Shown: positions 47,962 to 64,000 of the stretch, piece after piece
Position numbering within the stretch: position 1 is the first letter of the stretch
How the letters are laid out: each line of letters starts with the position of its first letter
Assembly (NCBI RefSeq): GCF_009914755.1
Contig: NC_060937.1
Direction: 5' to 3' (one strand)
Length of the DNA: 64,000 nucleotides
Origin: the human T2T-CHM13v2.0 reference genome, Homo sapiens
The notes under the pieces: generated by a model
What the model was told of the DNA's origin: nothing
The model's input: the letters and a program-made list of their open reading frames with translations, nothing else
Database searches by the model: none
Made by a program: the position numbers and the translations under genes

Positions 47962-48224
47962 TTGCACTTAATACATTCAATTTAACAGTTTTGGGTTTTG
48001 TTTTTTTTTTTTTTTTGGCCTTTTTTTTGTTTTTCGTTTTTGTTGGGTGGGGGAGAACATAGGCGTATGCCATCCCACCAGGCTAATTTTTTTGTATTTT
48101 TTGTAGAGATGTTATTCTGCCATGTTGCCCAGGCTGGTCTTGAGTGTTGGGATTATAGGCATGAGCCACCGCACCAGGCTTTGTCTGTGTTTTGAGGAAT
48201 TGTTGTTGTTGTTGTGGTTAGTTA

Positions 48225-49390
<1,166 letters not shown>

Positions 49391-49653
49391 TAGAGTTGTT
49401 TTGTCTCTGTTAGGTAATCAGCTATTTTTTTCTCTGCTATTAAGAATCCAGTCTTTAGTAATATATCATACCTTATTAATTTTAAACTTTTAATCTATTA
49501 GCAAAGAAACATTGCTTAGCTTATTAAAATCATATGTAAAGTAAAAACTAATAGAACTTCTTATCCTTAAAACCTTTTTTTCTATGCAGAGAACCAGAAC
49601 TTTCTGACAGCTATTTCAACTATCAAAAGACCTTTTGCTCCCTCATTTCCTAG

Positions 49654-50319
<666 letters not shown>

Positions 50320-51449
50320 TATTTTGTATTTTTAAAAAGCCTTTATTTAATAGGTTTTGCCACTAGTTTTCTTTCTTAATTTAAATCGTATTTTTAAATT
50401 TGTGGTAAAATATACATTACATAAAACTTACCATTTTAACCATTGTAACCATTACAAATTCTCATTTTGTACAATTATGAAAACAATTTGGGTACCAGGG
50501 GAGAAAATCTTCAGTATTAAATTTCAATTCTTATTCATGTTTTCCAATATTAAAATCATGAGACTGTACATTTTCCTCTGATTTTAATTTATTTCTAATT
50601 GCTTTGCTTTTAGCTATTTTGGAAAACTGAATCTCCAGGAAAATACAGCAACAGCCTCTAATGCATAGTTAGGGAAGGCCCAGGGTTCCAGCAACTTTCC
50701 AGGGCAACCACCTGACCAGTCCCCGCAGACCTCCCTTTCCAGCCACCTCCAGAGACTCCAAGTGTAGCTTCATTCTCCAAATAGCCACTCTGCTTCTCAG
50801 ATGAGTAATAAACTATGTGGTTGCGTAAGTCAGAATTGCTCAATAATTTGAGAAGATTCATTCCCAGAAAAGCTCAAAGATACACTATGAAGATACAAAT
50901 CACATTCTGCATTTACAGAATTCTTGTGTTGACACTTACGTTAGTAAGAGAAGAATTGCTAAAACAATTTTTTTTCTTACCACGTCCCCCGAAAGCTTAC
51001 TCTGTCTGCTGAGTGAGCTATGACAGCAACACCAACTATTTACTCATTTCTCATTACGTTTACAGTTGGCTGCAACTTCCATTTCATTTGCAGACCTGAG
51101 CAGAATGCTGCTTTGTCTATAATTAAAAGAAACATCCCATTGAAAAGGTGAAGTTTTAATTCTATATGCTCCAAAACCTTCCATTTAAATTTTTTATCAA
51201 ACGTTTGCAGTAAACATTGGTAAAACTTGCTTTAGGAGCAACAGGGTAAGGCCCAAACTCTCATCTCAACAAGAATCCATTTCCATAACAAAACTAATAT
51301 TTTCAAAGTCATCTGAGTTAATCTAAATTGACAATACATATTTAATTGTGTAACTGTAAAGGAAACATTTTCATGATATGTTTTTAAACTTTGAATTTAA
51401 AATTAACTACTAAATGTTGTTTTGGTTGTTATTTTACAGCTCCTTTTAA

Positions 51450-51757
<308 letters not shown>

Positions 51758-51781
51758 TTAAGACCAGTATTTTGCTTTATC

Positions 51782-52083
51782 AGCCGGGCGAGGTGGCTCA
51801 CGCCTGTAATCCTAGCACTTTGGGAGGCCGAGGTGGGAGGACTGTCTGAGCTCAGGAGTTCGAGACCAGCCTGGGCAACATGGTGAAACCTGTCTCTACT
51901 AAAATACAAAAAAAAAAATTAGCCGGGTGTGGTGGTGTGTGCCTATAGTCCCAGCTACTCCAGAGGCTGAGGCAGGAGAACTGCTGAACCCGGGAGGCCG
52001 AGGCTGCAGTGAGCCAAGATCATGCCACTGCACTCCAGCCTGGGTGAAAGAGTGAGACTCGTCTCCTAAAAAAAAAAAAAAAA
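51782..52083 (+). mobile_element. AluS
   Basis: Full dimer; TSD CAGTATTTTGCTTTATCA. Confidence 0.93.
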
Positions 52084-53354
52084 CCCTCAGTATTTTGCTT
52101 TATCAACCAGAGCTGATAAATAAAAACCGAATGAGTTATCTTTGCCTGCTTGATAAATGGGTTTGATAATGAAAACCATGATGAGATTATGATAAGGTGA
52201 TTCACCTGCAGAAGTGGAAGCCGGCCAGTAACCAAGAGGCTGCCAAATTTCAGAGAGCAAAGGGAAATCTACACAAATCAGGATGCAGTCTCTGCAGATC
52301 GTATTTGATAGTTGGTAACCCCAGGCCAAAAAGAGTTCTTGGGTTTGAGGTTGGAACTCGAAAAATGTCCTAGAGCTAATAGCCTTCAGAAAGACATTGG
52401 TGGGAGGAAGAACTAATGTTTGAGGTAAAGATACTTGGAAGGAGAAAAGGACAGAACAAAGTCACAGAGAAAGCCTGGTATTTGAGGCATGCAGATAATG
52501 GACTTCTGAGAGAGCAGGGAAGATGTTAGAGAAATAGGGAAATGAAGTAAACAAAGAAGTAGACAGATGAGATGGCACAGCTCTGCGATTATGTACAGTC
52601 AAACAAATACTTGGGGAGTAAGCTGTAAAAATTATTTCGGAGAGCCCAGCATGGTGGCACATGCCTGTAGTCCCAGCTACTTGGGAGGCTGAGGCAGGAG
52701 GATCACTTGAGCCCAGGTCCAATGAAATGGCTATTTCCTGCATAGGATCTGTCCCCATACCCTGCTTGTGCCTTTCCAGGCCTGGATGTCCCCTCCCCAG
52801 TTTCTCTTTTGGTTGAAATCCTTCTCATTTGCAGTAGGCAGAATAATAGCCACCCCCAAAGATGTCCATGCCTTAATGACTGAAACCAGTGACTGTGTTA
52901 CCTGACTTGGCAAAGGGGGAGCTGTAGATGTGGTTGTGGTTACAAACCTTAAACGGGGGAGACTATGCTGGATTATTCAGGTGGGGCCCAGCGTAGTCAA
53001 ATGGGTCCTTAAAAGCAGTAGAAGGCAGAAGGGGAGGCTAGAAAGATGCAACAGCAAAAGAAGGACTTGACCCTGCTGCTAGTTTTGAAGATGGAGGCCA
53101 CAAGTCAAGGGATGCAGCAGCTTCCAGAAGCTGAGAACAGCCAGCAAGAAACACTCCCCAGTCCTAAAACCACAAAGACCTGAATTAGGCTAAAAGCCCA
53201 ACTAGCAGGAACAGCCCCTTTGCTAGAGCCTCCAGGAAGGGATGCAGCTCTCCAGCTCCTTGGTTTTAGTCCAACAAGATCAACATTGGGCTTCTGACCT
53301 ACAGGACTATAAGATAATCAAGTTATGTTGCTTTCAGCCACTAAGTTTGTGGTT

Positions 53355-54007
<653 letters not shown>

Positions 54008-54607
54008 TATTTGTTACGGCAGCAACAGGAAACAACTACACCATCCTTCATGGCCTGCTTCTCACTCAGTGTCTCTGAGAAGTTGTTCTTGATCTTAGCC
54101 AGGAACAGCCCCCTTTGCTTTTTCCTGAATTCCCAGGAGCTCTGTGGGACTTCTGCCCCCTGAGAAATGGTCTGGTGTCATGATTCCTTGTAGACCTGTC
54201 TCATATTATTAGAGTTTTAGCTCTTTGAGGTAAGAGGTTAGGATGTAGGCAGGTATGGTAGCTGCCACAGTATCCAACCCCTTGCCTAGTACATAGAAGC
54301 CACTCAACAAATTGTGTTTTACATAAAAAAGTGGACAAATGGAAGCCTCCATAAACACGGCAGAAACAAAATAACTATAGTTGGTACAACCTTTCTCTTC
54401 TCTTTTCCCACAGGTTAGTTATTATTATTTTATCTCTGAAATTAGAAGCCATTTCTTTACTATCTATTGTCTGTGGCCCCAAAATTATTTGAGTACTTCC
54501 TGTTAACAAGAAATGTTATTCTTGTCACATAGTTATATTTCATGTGTTTCCAAAGAAGAGGACCTTAGAACTTTAAGGAATTAATAATAAATAAGAATGC
54601 CTGCTTG

Positions 54608-55517
54608 GCCGGGCGCAGTGGCTCACGCTTGTAATCCCAGCACTTTAGGAGGCCGAGGCGGATGGATCACCTGAGGTCAGGAGTTCGAGACCAGCGTGGC
54701 CAACATGATGAAACCCCATCTCTACTAAAAATACAAAAATTAGCCAGGCGTGGTGGCACACACCTGTAATCCCAGCTACTCAGGAAGCTAAGGCAGGAGA
54801 ATTGCTTGAACCTGGGAGGCAGAAGTTGCAGTGAGCCGAGTTTGAGCCATTGCACTCCAACCTGGGTGACAGAGCGAGACTCTGTCTCAAAAAAAAAAAA
54901 GAATGCCTGTGGCTGGGCATGGCGGCTCACACCTTTATCCCAGCACTTTGGGAGGCCGAGGTGGGTGGATCACTTGAGGTCAGGAGTTTGAGACCAGCCT
55001 GGCCAACATGGTGAAACCCCATCTCTAATACAAATAGAAAAATTAGCCAGCTGTGGTGGCAGGTGCCTGTAATCCCAGCTACTCAGGAGGCTGAAGCACA
55101 AGAATCACTTGAACCTGAGAGGCGGAGGTTGTAGTGAGCCAAGATGGCACCACTGCACTCCAGCCTGGGAACAGAATGAGACCCCATCTCAAAAAATAAA
55201 ATAAATAGAATGGCAGGGTGCGTGTTTCACGCCTGTCATCCCAGCACTTTGGGAGGCAGATGCGGGCAGATCACTTGAGGCAGGAAGTCAAGACCAACCT
55301 GCCCAACATGGTGAAACCGCATCTCTACTAAAAAAAACAAAAACAAAACAAAAAAAAAACTGGGCATGGTGGCCTACATCTGTAGTCCCAGCTACTGGAG
55401 AGGATGGGGTGCGGGGAGGATAGAGGCTGAGGTGTGAGGATTGCTTGAGCCCAGAAAGTCAAGGCTGCAGTGAGCTTCAAGTTGGGCGACAGAGTGAGAC
55501 CCTGTCTCAAAAAAAAA
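54608..55517 (+). mobile_element. Three tandem Alus (AluS 54608-54900; AluS 54911-55206; AluJ-like 55212-55517)
   Basis: Nested TSD-like motifs AAGAATGCCTG, AAT..AGAATG and AGAACTTTAAG. Confidence 0.92.
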
Positions 55518-56639
55518 GAACTTTAAGAAGTCAAGACAAAAAGAAAATATTTGTTAAACATTTTAAACAACTGAAACTACACTAAAAATCACAACTCAAG
55601 AGTGAAACTAACAGGCTCGTTTTCTAAGGGGAGATCGGACATGATAGATGTTTTTCCCAGCCTGTCTTCTAAGCATCCACATCACACTCGCAGATGGCCC
55701 TTCCATCTGACAAATCGTGTACTAATTATTTTTCAAAATGTGTATGAGTTGAAGATCTCCCTAATGACTGTGCAACTATTCAAATGTTGAACACAACTTA
55801 GCTGGAGAAATCTGGAGAAGTCTGGCTGGGAAGGGAAGAAGAAGCAGGAAAACAGGGCTAAGCCAAGACGTGCAGCTGGAGCAGAAGGAGTCAGAACGGG
55901 CTGGCAGAGAGCGCTGAGCTCCCAGCAGGGGAAGAAACCAAAGAACATGGAGGCTCCTGCGATGAGAGGCCTGTAGGTTTTGGGCGCCCACCCTGCTACC
56001 GTAGAATGGTTCTTGGCAATAGATTTCTCAATTTCCTTCTCCAGTTTAATTTTTTAATAACTGAGTACAGTTAAAAATAGAGTAAGATCACAGTCTCCCA
56101 AGCACAGTTCCTTTTTTATTTGTGGTCCCCAAGAGGAGTCAAAAGTAAGAGCAGGGACTGGGGGGTACCCTGTGTGTCCTGGCATCATTTCACGGAAGGT
56201 AAGGCCATGTCACCACATCCCCAGTACAGGGCTGGCCCGGCATGGTATCCGCAGGAAACAGTGATCGAGCCCTCCTTCCTCCTACGTCCCCACCGCATCC
56301 TGGGCAACATTTTCTCTCTTAACTATAACCGCTGAGTATTTGTATTTTTCAGGGAACCTCAGGAGACATAAAGCCTTTAAGGTTTAAAGGACTGAATCTC
56401 TTCCGGTGCAATTTCTGGAATTATAAGTATATTTTTTTCCTTTCTTCATTCATTCATTCAATACGTATGTTTTGAATTCCAGGCATAGCGCTAGCCATGG
56501 AGACCATAGTGGTGGGCAACGCAGACACGACCCTGTCGTCACAAAACTTAAAGTTTAAAGAAGACAGACTAATAAAATAATCACAGAAACGAATATCTGC
56601 TGCGAAGCAGTAGGAAGTGCCCTGCGGTCTGTTTCCCCT

Positions 56640-57350
56640 AGCAGAGACTGGCCTTGTGGCGGAAGACCCCCGCGCGTAGGGAGGGCCGGTGCGGCGACTC
56701 CGGGCGGGGCGCGCTGTTGGTGTCCAGGGCGCGGAGCCTGCGCCAGCTTCACAAAAGCGGTGTGGACGCCTGAGCCAGTCCGCTCTTGCTGGACGGCTCC
56801 CCATAGTTTAGCCCAAAAATCCCCCTCTGGGTGGCTCTGGCAGGAGTGATTTAGGGCCACAATTAGGTTGGACGAGGAGTGGGGACTTGCCCCGAGCTGC
56901 CTTTGCAGACCCGGCGGCGGCGTTCTCCCCAAGGCTGCCCGCTTGGCTGCGCGGCTGAGGCGAGTTGAGGACCCAGCCCGTCCCCAACTCTCCTCACCCC
57001 TCCGCCCCCCGCTCGCCTCACCCCTCCGGCCCCCGCCCACCCCCCCCCCTCCGTCCCCCACTCTCCTCACCCCTCCGCCCCGCCCGCTCCTCTCACCCCT
57101 CCGGCCCCCACCCTCCTCACCCCTCCGCCCCGCCCGCTCCTCTCACCCTTCCTCCCCCCGCCCCCGCTCTCCTCACCCCTCCGGCTCCCGCCTGCTCCAC
57201 CCCTCTGCGCCCCCCCACGACCCCTCCGGCCCCTGCTCCCCACACCCCTCCTCCACCCTCACCCCTCCGCCTCGCCCCGGGGTGGGGACCTGCCCGGGCG
57301 GCTTCCCCATAGGCCAGTGCTGGGCCCGCGGTGCTTCTAGCGGCCCAGGG
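56640..57350. promoter_or_regulatory. Second CpG-rich island ~14 kb upstream of LATS2
   Basis: High CpG density outside Alus, GC boxes; no recognisable gene attached. Confidence 0.6.
56985..57275. repeat. C-rich degenerate minisatellite, core CTCACCCCTCCG(G)CCCC, ~23-26 bp unit
   Basis: About 10 imperfect copies of (CT)CACCCCTCCG visible. Confidence 0.85.
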
Positions 57351-57487
57351 AAACGTTTTAATTTTCATTTATTTTAAAATCAAAATAAATAATTGAATGT
57401 GATAACATTGAATCTATAATAATAAAAACTCCAGTCTGGGTCATGTTCGCCTTTATACACTAAGTCATGAAACCACTTACATCTTCA

Positions 57488-58640
<1,153 letters not shown>

Positions 58641-58675
58641 CCTGTAACTTTCTCCTTTCTTCCCTTTCCTTCCTT

Positions 58676-58843
58676 TTTCTTTTCTCTCCCTCTCGCTTTC
58701 GACAGGGTCTTGCTCTGTTGCCCAGGCTGGAGTGTAGTGGCCCAATCTCGGCTCACTGCAGCCTCTATCTCCTGGCCTCAAGTGATACTCCCAACTCAGC
58801 CTCCTGAGTGCTGGGATCCCAGGTGCGCGCCACCGCACCTGGC
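58676..58843 (-). mobile_element. Alu right-arm monomer
   Basis: Antisense right arm. Confidence 0.8.
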
Positions 58844-59415
58844 CCCGCCTTCCCTTTTGAATGTCTTCCGGATGCAGCCTTGGCACTTTCTCTAGCCATC
58901 CCCTCCTTTGGTTCCCAGGCCCAGCTCTCCCTTCTCCCTCAAACCGGATCCAGCCCTCCTGCACCCCGGCCTGTGTGCAGCCGCAGGAGAGGAGTAAGCC
59001 AGCCTCTCGCGTGCGGTGCTCTCTGCATAGGTTTAGTGGTGGGGACCAACACGCGAGCTGGCGCTTTCCGTGCGAGCCCAGCATCAGGCGGAGGCCCAGG
59101 GCCAACCGGACTCTGAACAAAGGGAGCCGACAAATGAGAAAGCAAAGGTACCTCAGAGACTACGAAGCCCTTCAGATGGAAATGGTCATCTCCCAACAGC
59201 CTCTCTGGACCTCTGCCTGCAAGCCCGGCCCACACATCTTGGACCCAGGCTGGAGACACAGACAGCCAGGTGGTGATGCCCACGCGCAGCTCCAAGACCC
59301 CGGGGAGCCTCCGCCAGGCCGGAACCTGCGCCAGGCTTCTCTGGAACCTTCTCTCCAGGACGCTCTTCTGCGGTTACTGAAAAAGGGAGTCTACATGAAT
59401 TAATAAGTGAAGGTG

Positions 59416-59506
59416 AGGAAGGGAGGGAGGGAAGGAGGGAGGGAGGACGGAAGGAAGGAAGGAAGGAAGGAAAGAGGGAGGGAAGGAAGCGGGGGAGGGA
59501 CGGAGG
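59416..59506. repeat. (GGAA/GGGA)n purine-rich microsatellite
   Basis: Direct reading. Confidence 0.9.
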
Positions 59507-59889
59507 GCCTTACCTCCTACTTGACAACAGCTCCATGGCAGGGATTATTTTAGTCTTGGTTCCATCCCAGCACCTAGAAAAGGGCCTGGCAAGTAGGAGG
59601 TGATCAATAAATGTGATAGAACAATTGAAATTAATGACTTTCTAAAGAACCAATCAGGCAAGTGACGTGAACTCATGGTTCCTTCAGCTGCCCAGGAATG
59701 CTGTGTATGTGTTTCTGTTTATTTTCCAGATGGTTTTGATTCTTAATAGTTTTCCCACTTATTGCTCTGAAAGCTCCCATTGCTCTTGTCTTAAAACTCC
59801 TCCCATTCCTGCCACTTCCTTCAGGAAGCCTTTCCTGATCTTATATTGCAAGCATATGGCCTCTGGTCTGGGAGGCAGCTGAGCATCTG

Positions 59890-60080
59890 GGAAAGACCCG
59901 GGCTTTGGAGCCAACACATTTCGCTGGTTGTGAGATCTTAACCAAGTTTCTTAAAACGTCAAAGCCTTGTTTTTCTCATTTGTAAAGCAGGTATTTATAT
60001 CTGTTTCTTAGTGATACGAGGATCAAATGAGGTAGTACATGTGAAGTGCCTGGCATGTGGTAGGTGTTCATTGAATAAAT
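59890..60080 (+). mobile_element. MIR SINE
   Basis: GGCTTTGGAGCC..TTTTCTCATTTGTAAA..GAGGATCAAATGAG..ATGTGAAGTGCCTGGCATGTGGTAGGTGTTCA. Confidence 0.7.
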
Positions 60081-62602
60081 AAACCTTTTATCCAAAGAAA
60101 AATTGGGAAGAGCTGGAGCTTACCAAGTATCAACAGAGTGAAAAGATTATTTTAGAAGGAAAGATAAAGCCAATAACCTTTCTGTGAATTTTAAGTCTAG
60201 TGAATCAAATTATTAACATCAAATTTGGGGAGGGAAATGCATTTCTACGGAAGGTAATGGCACCATATGCTGCCAATTAAAGCCCATAGCTGTGCGTTCC
60301 TAGGATTGTGAACAGAACATCTAAAAAAAGGCATTTATGATGATCTTAAGTAAGGCATAGTTGTGACAAACATCCCGCTGATATTGAATAGTTTTTAAAA
60401 TAAAACTACTTAGCTATATTAAATTCTGCATGCTGTACATGCCAGAAATCTAAAAGAATTTGGGGACTTTGAATGGAATTTCCCTAACCTTAGGAAGGAA
60501 CACCACAACTTGAACATCACCACTGCCAACTGTGGAATTAATTCTAAGCCATTCTAGGGCCTGAAAGTGTTTTGTTTGGCGAGAGTAGAGCAATATATTA
60601 TGGAGGATCTCTGAAATTCAGGGTTCTGGTTCAGGGATAATCCTAGTTTTTCTTTAACGCTATCATACAAAGAGAAGAAACATAGGATTTACAGGTTAGA
60701 CTGGAAAATACGAGAAGATGACTTTGAACTTGCTGGTATCCCATGTATTATGTTACCACTTCACCCTTTTTGGAGGTTTGTTTTTACATCCATCACGTAA
60801 TTAACTGAATTGATCAAATTCATGCTATCCTTTGTCAAGAGAAGACCTACACACACACACACGTGTGTGTGTGCACGACGGCCTCTCTCTCCGCTGGAAA
60901 TTAGAGGTGAGAGTGGTTCAGGCAGGCAGCTCCCTGCAACATGCTCTGTGAGGCAACATCCCGTTTGGTCAGTTCACATACCCAAAAGAATGTGTCACTG
61001 CAAAACTCAGAATGTCAGGAAACTGAGACTATGGGTGAGGAGAAATGGTCAAATGATTTCAATTCCTTCCTTGAGAAGCAATTCCTCACACCACGGAGAA
61101 TGCTCAGAGGAATTTGCTCTTTCACTTCAGGAAACAGTCCTCCTATCTAATGGGCATTATCACAAATGCCAGTGGGCTGACCCAGGACAAATGCCAGTTC
61201 GAGGGGCTCAGCCCTGAAAATTCCCTGGCAGTGCTGGACGTTAATCTGCAATGAAGTCATCACATGTGAGTTCTACAAAAAAGCACAAATGACAAAACAC
61301 TGACGTACGGGCTTTCATTTGTGTAGAAAACAAACACTTGTCTGCTCAGCTGAAAACAAATCTCGTATTTAAAGTTGCGTTCATTGCTCTGTGCTAAATG
61401 CTGAGCATAAATCTGGGCAACGCAGGGGTAATAAAACAGCCATTTGGGTGAAAGCTCTCCTAGCCTCTTTGGCATATAGTTACTGTGTTCTTTAAAATGC
61501 CTTCAAGATCCCATAATAATATAATAGTTAGTTTCTGTAGGTGTGCCAGTTAATAAGATTGTCTAGGACTGGATGTCAGCCAATAGCATCTACTGAGCAC
61601 TTTTGTACTATGAAGTGAACGAGCAGAATAGACTGATGGAGAGAGCCCCCCCATAGGAGAGAGGTAATGACAGGATGCCTTTTATAGAGCAACAGAACAA
61701 CAAGAAACTCAATGTAATACGCTGACAAAGCAAGGGCTTAAGTGCTCAGAGGATATCATATAGAAATCCAGCGCTCCATTGGAATCTAAAGTTCAAATGG
61801 GGCCAGCTGTACAGAAATCACAAACGAGGAACTCAGGGGCAGCTCTGGTGGACAGTTTGCATGGTTCCTGGGCTTGGAAACATAATTTTAAAATAGCAAC
61901 CCAAAAATTAGCTTCAGAGAGCTAGCTATTTCACCCCCAAAATCTGGAAGGCAGAAATAAATATTTTTTCTTATTGAATTCTAAAAAGAAAAATATGCTT
62001 TTGTTAAACTGCTATTGGTAAGAAGAAAAAAAAATCAGTTTGTGTGACTGCACAGTTAACTGATATTTGGTTTGAAGACAAATTACCACTTAAGGTTGTG
62101 GTATTTGATAGCGATAAGACAGAAGGTATGAACAAGTGGAATATGAATTTAAAAATCAATTCAACGATTTATGCTTGACCTCACAGCCTTGTTTGTTTGT
62201 TTGTAGAAGTGGTCTAATTATTGACTGGTAAATTAATAAAATTTACCATTCCCAGCAAACAAAATATACAATAGGTTAATATATAAATAACACTGTGCCA
62301 AATCACAGTTTTTTGTGAAGGTGAAGGGAAAGGCTTCATCATCACTTCCTGAACACAGGTCTGGGTTCACCCAAAGGGAGCTGACAAATGAGACAGCAAA
62401 GGCACCTTTCACCAGGGTGGTGAAAACCTTGATTGTATCCTAGACTGGGATAAGAGAAACTCTGTTCATTTGTAATTCACAGACTGGGGCTGGAATCTTC
62501 AAACGGTATTGTCTGTAGGCATAGTCGGAGGAGCTTGTTAAAAAAGCACATTCCTTAATCACTTATCTCAGAGATTCTGAGTACAAAATCTGCGATGGCT
62601 CG

Positions 62603-63282
<680 letters not shown>

Positions 63283-63484
63283 TTTAGTGGAAATTTCAAA
63301 GCATTCACAAAAGTAAAGAGATTAATATTATGAACCCACATGCCCATCACCCTGCTTCAACAATTAACAACTGATGATTCTTGCCTGCCTCCACTGCCCC
63401 ATTATTCTGAAGCAAATCTCAGATATCATTTTTGTCTGTATTTCAGTATTTATTTCTAAAAAATAAGGACATTAAAAAATAAAA

Positions 63485-63675
63485 GGTATCCAGATTAGAA
63501 AGGAAGAAGTAAAATTATATTGATTTCATGTGACATGATCTTCTCCATAGAAAACCTAAATAATACACATGTACACACACAAAACTATTAGACCTAATAA
63601 ATGAGTCCAGTAGCAGGATAGAAAGGCAATAAGTAAAAATCAATGGTATTTCTATACACTAGCAGTGGAGCAATC
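63485..63675 (+). mobile_element. L1M ORF2 fragment
   Basis: GAAAGGAAGAAGTAAAATT..GACATGATC..TAGAAAACCTAAA..AAAATCAATGGTATTTCTATACACTAGCA. Confidence 0.75.
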
Positions 63676-63677
63676 TC

Positions 63678-64000
63678 ATCTTAGTCCATTTTATGTTGCT
63701 ATATCAGAATAACTGAGACTGGGTAATTTATAAAGAAAAGAGGTTTATTTAGCTTATGATTCTGCAGGCTGGAAAGTTCAGGGGTATGGCACTGGCTTCT
63801 TGTGATGACTTTTCTGCTGCACCGTAACATGGTAGAAAGTCAAAGGGAGAGGAGGTTTGTATGGAAAAGGGACCAAACAGGAGAAGAAACCTCATTTTAT
63901 AACAACCTGGTCTCATAAGAATGAATCCATTCCTGAGAAAGCAAGAACTCCCTCACTCCCATAAGCTGGCCTTAGACTATTCCTGAGGGATCTTCCCCCA
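63678..64000. mobile_element. MST-type MaLR LTR (runs off window)
   Basis: TCTTAGTCCATTTTATGTTGCTATA..ACTGAGACTGGGTAATTTATAAAGAAAAGAGGTTTATTTAGC. Confidence 0.8.

Noticed and set aside
56555-57377. Pro-rich/Gly-rich ORFs of 115-171 aa
   Set aside because: Translations of the C-rich minisatellite.

Overview
Human (primate) genomic DNA carrying the 5' end of the Hippo-pathway kinase gene LATS2 on the minus strand. Non-coding exon 1 lies in a CpG-island promoter (~42434-42671), followed by intron 1. Exon 2 (26730-27275) contains the start codon and the first 114 codons (MRPKTFPATTYSGNSRQRLQEIREGLKQPSK...NAGCDQ). About 26.7 kb of intron 2 runs off the left edge, and about 21 kb of upstream sequence includes a second CpG-rich island with a C-rich minisatellite. 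The rest is repeat-dense: roughly 60 Alu elements/fragments, L1, L2/MIR, MER21/MLT1/MST LTRs, MER33/MER5/MER44/MER30/MADE1 DNA-transposon relics, STRs and a full-length U4 snRNA retrocopy. Almost all other ORFs in the track are Alu/GC-rich artefacts. No novel multi-gene system is evident. The best leads are post-transcriptional. (i) Exon 2 is 546 nt (divisible by 3) and flanked by inverted Alus, so a back-spliced circle would carry a 147-aa LATS2 N-terminal ORF with a new tail. (ii) The 5'UTR holds at least 6 uORFs, including a strong-Kozak 47-aa proline-rich one. (iii) Three 9-bp-phased CATT (TEAD-like) motifs double as uAUGs next to a perfect CLEAR/E-box palindrome. Repeat family names were assigned by eye and boundaries are approximate.
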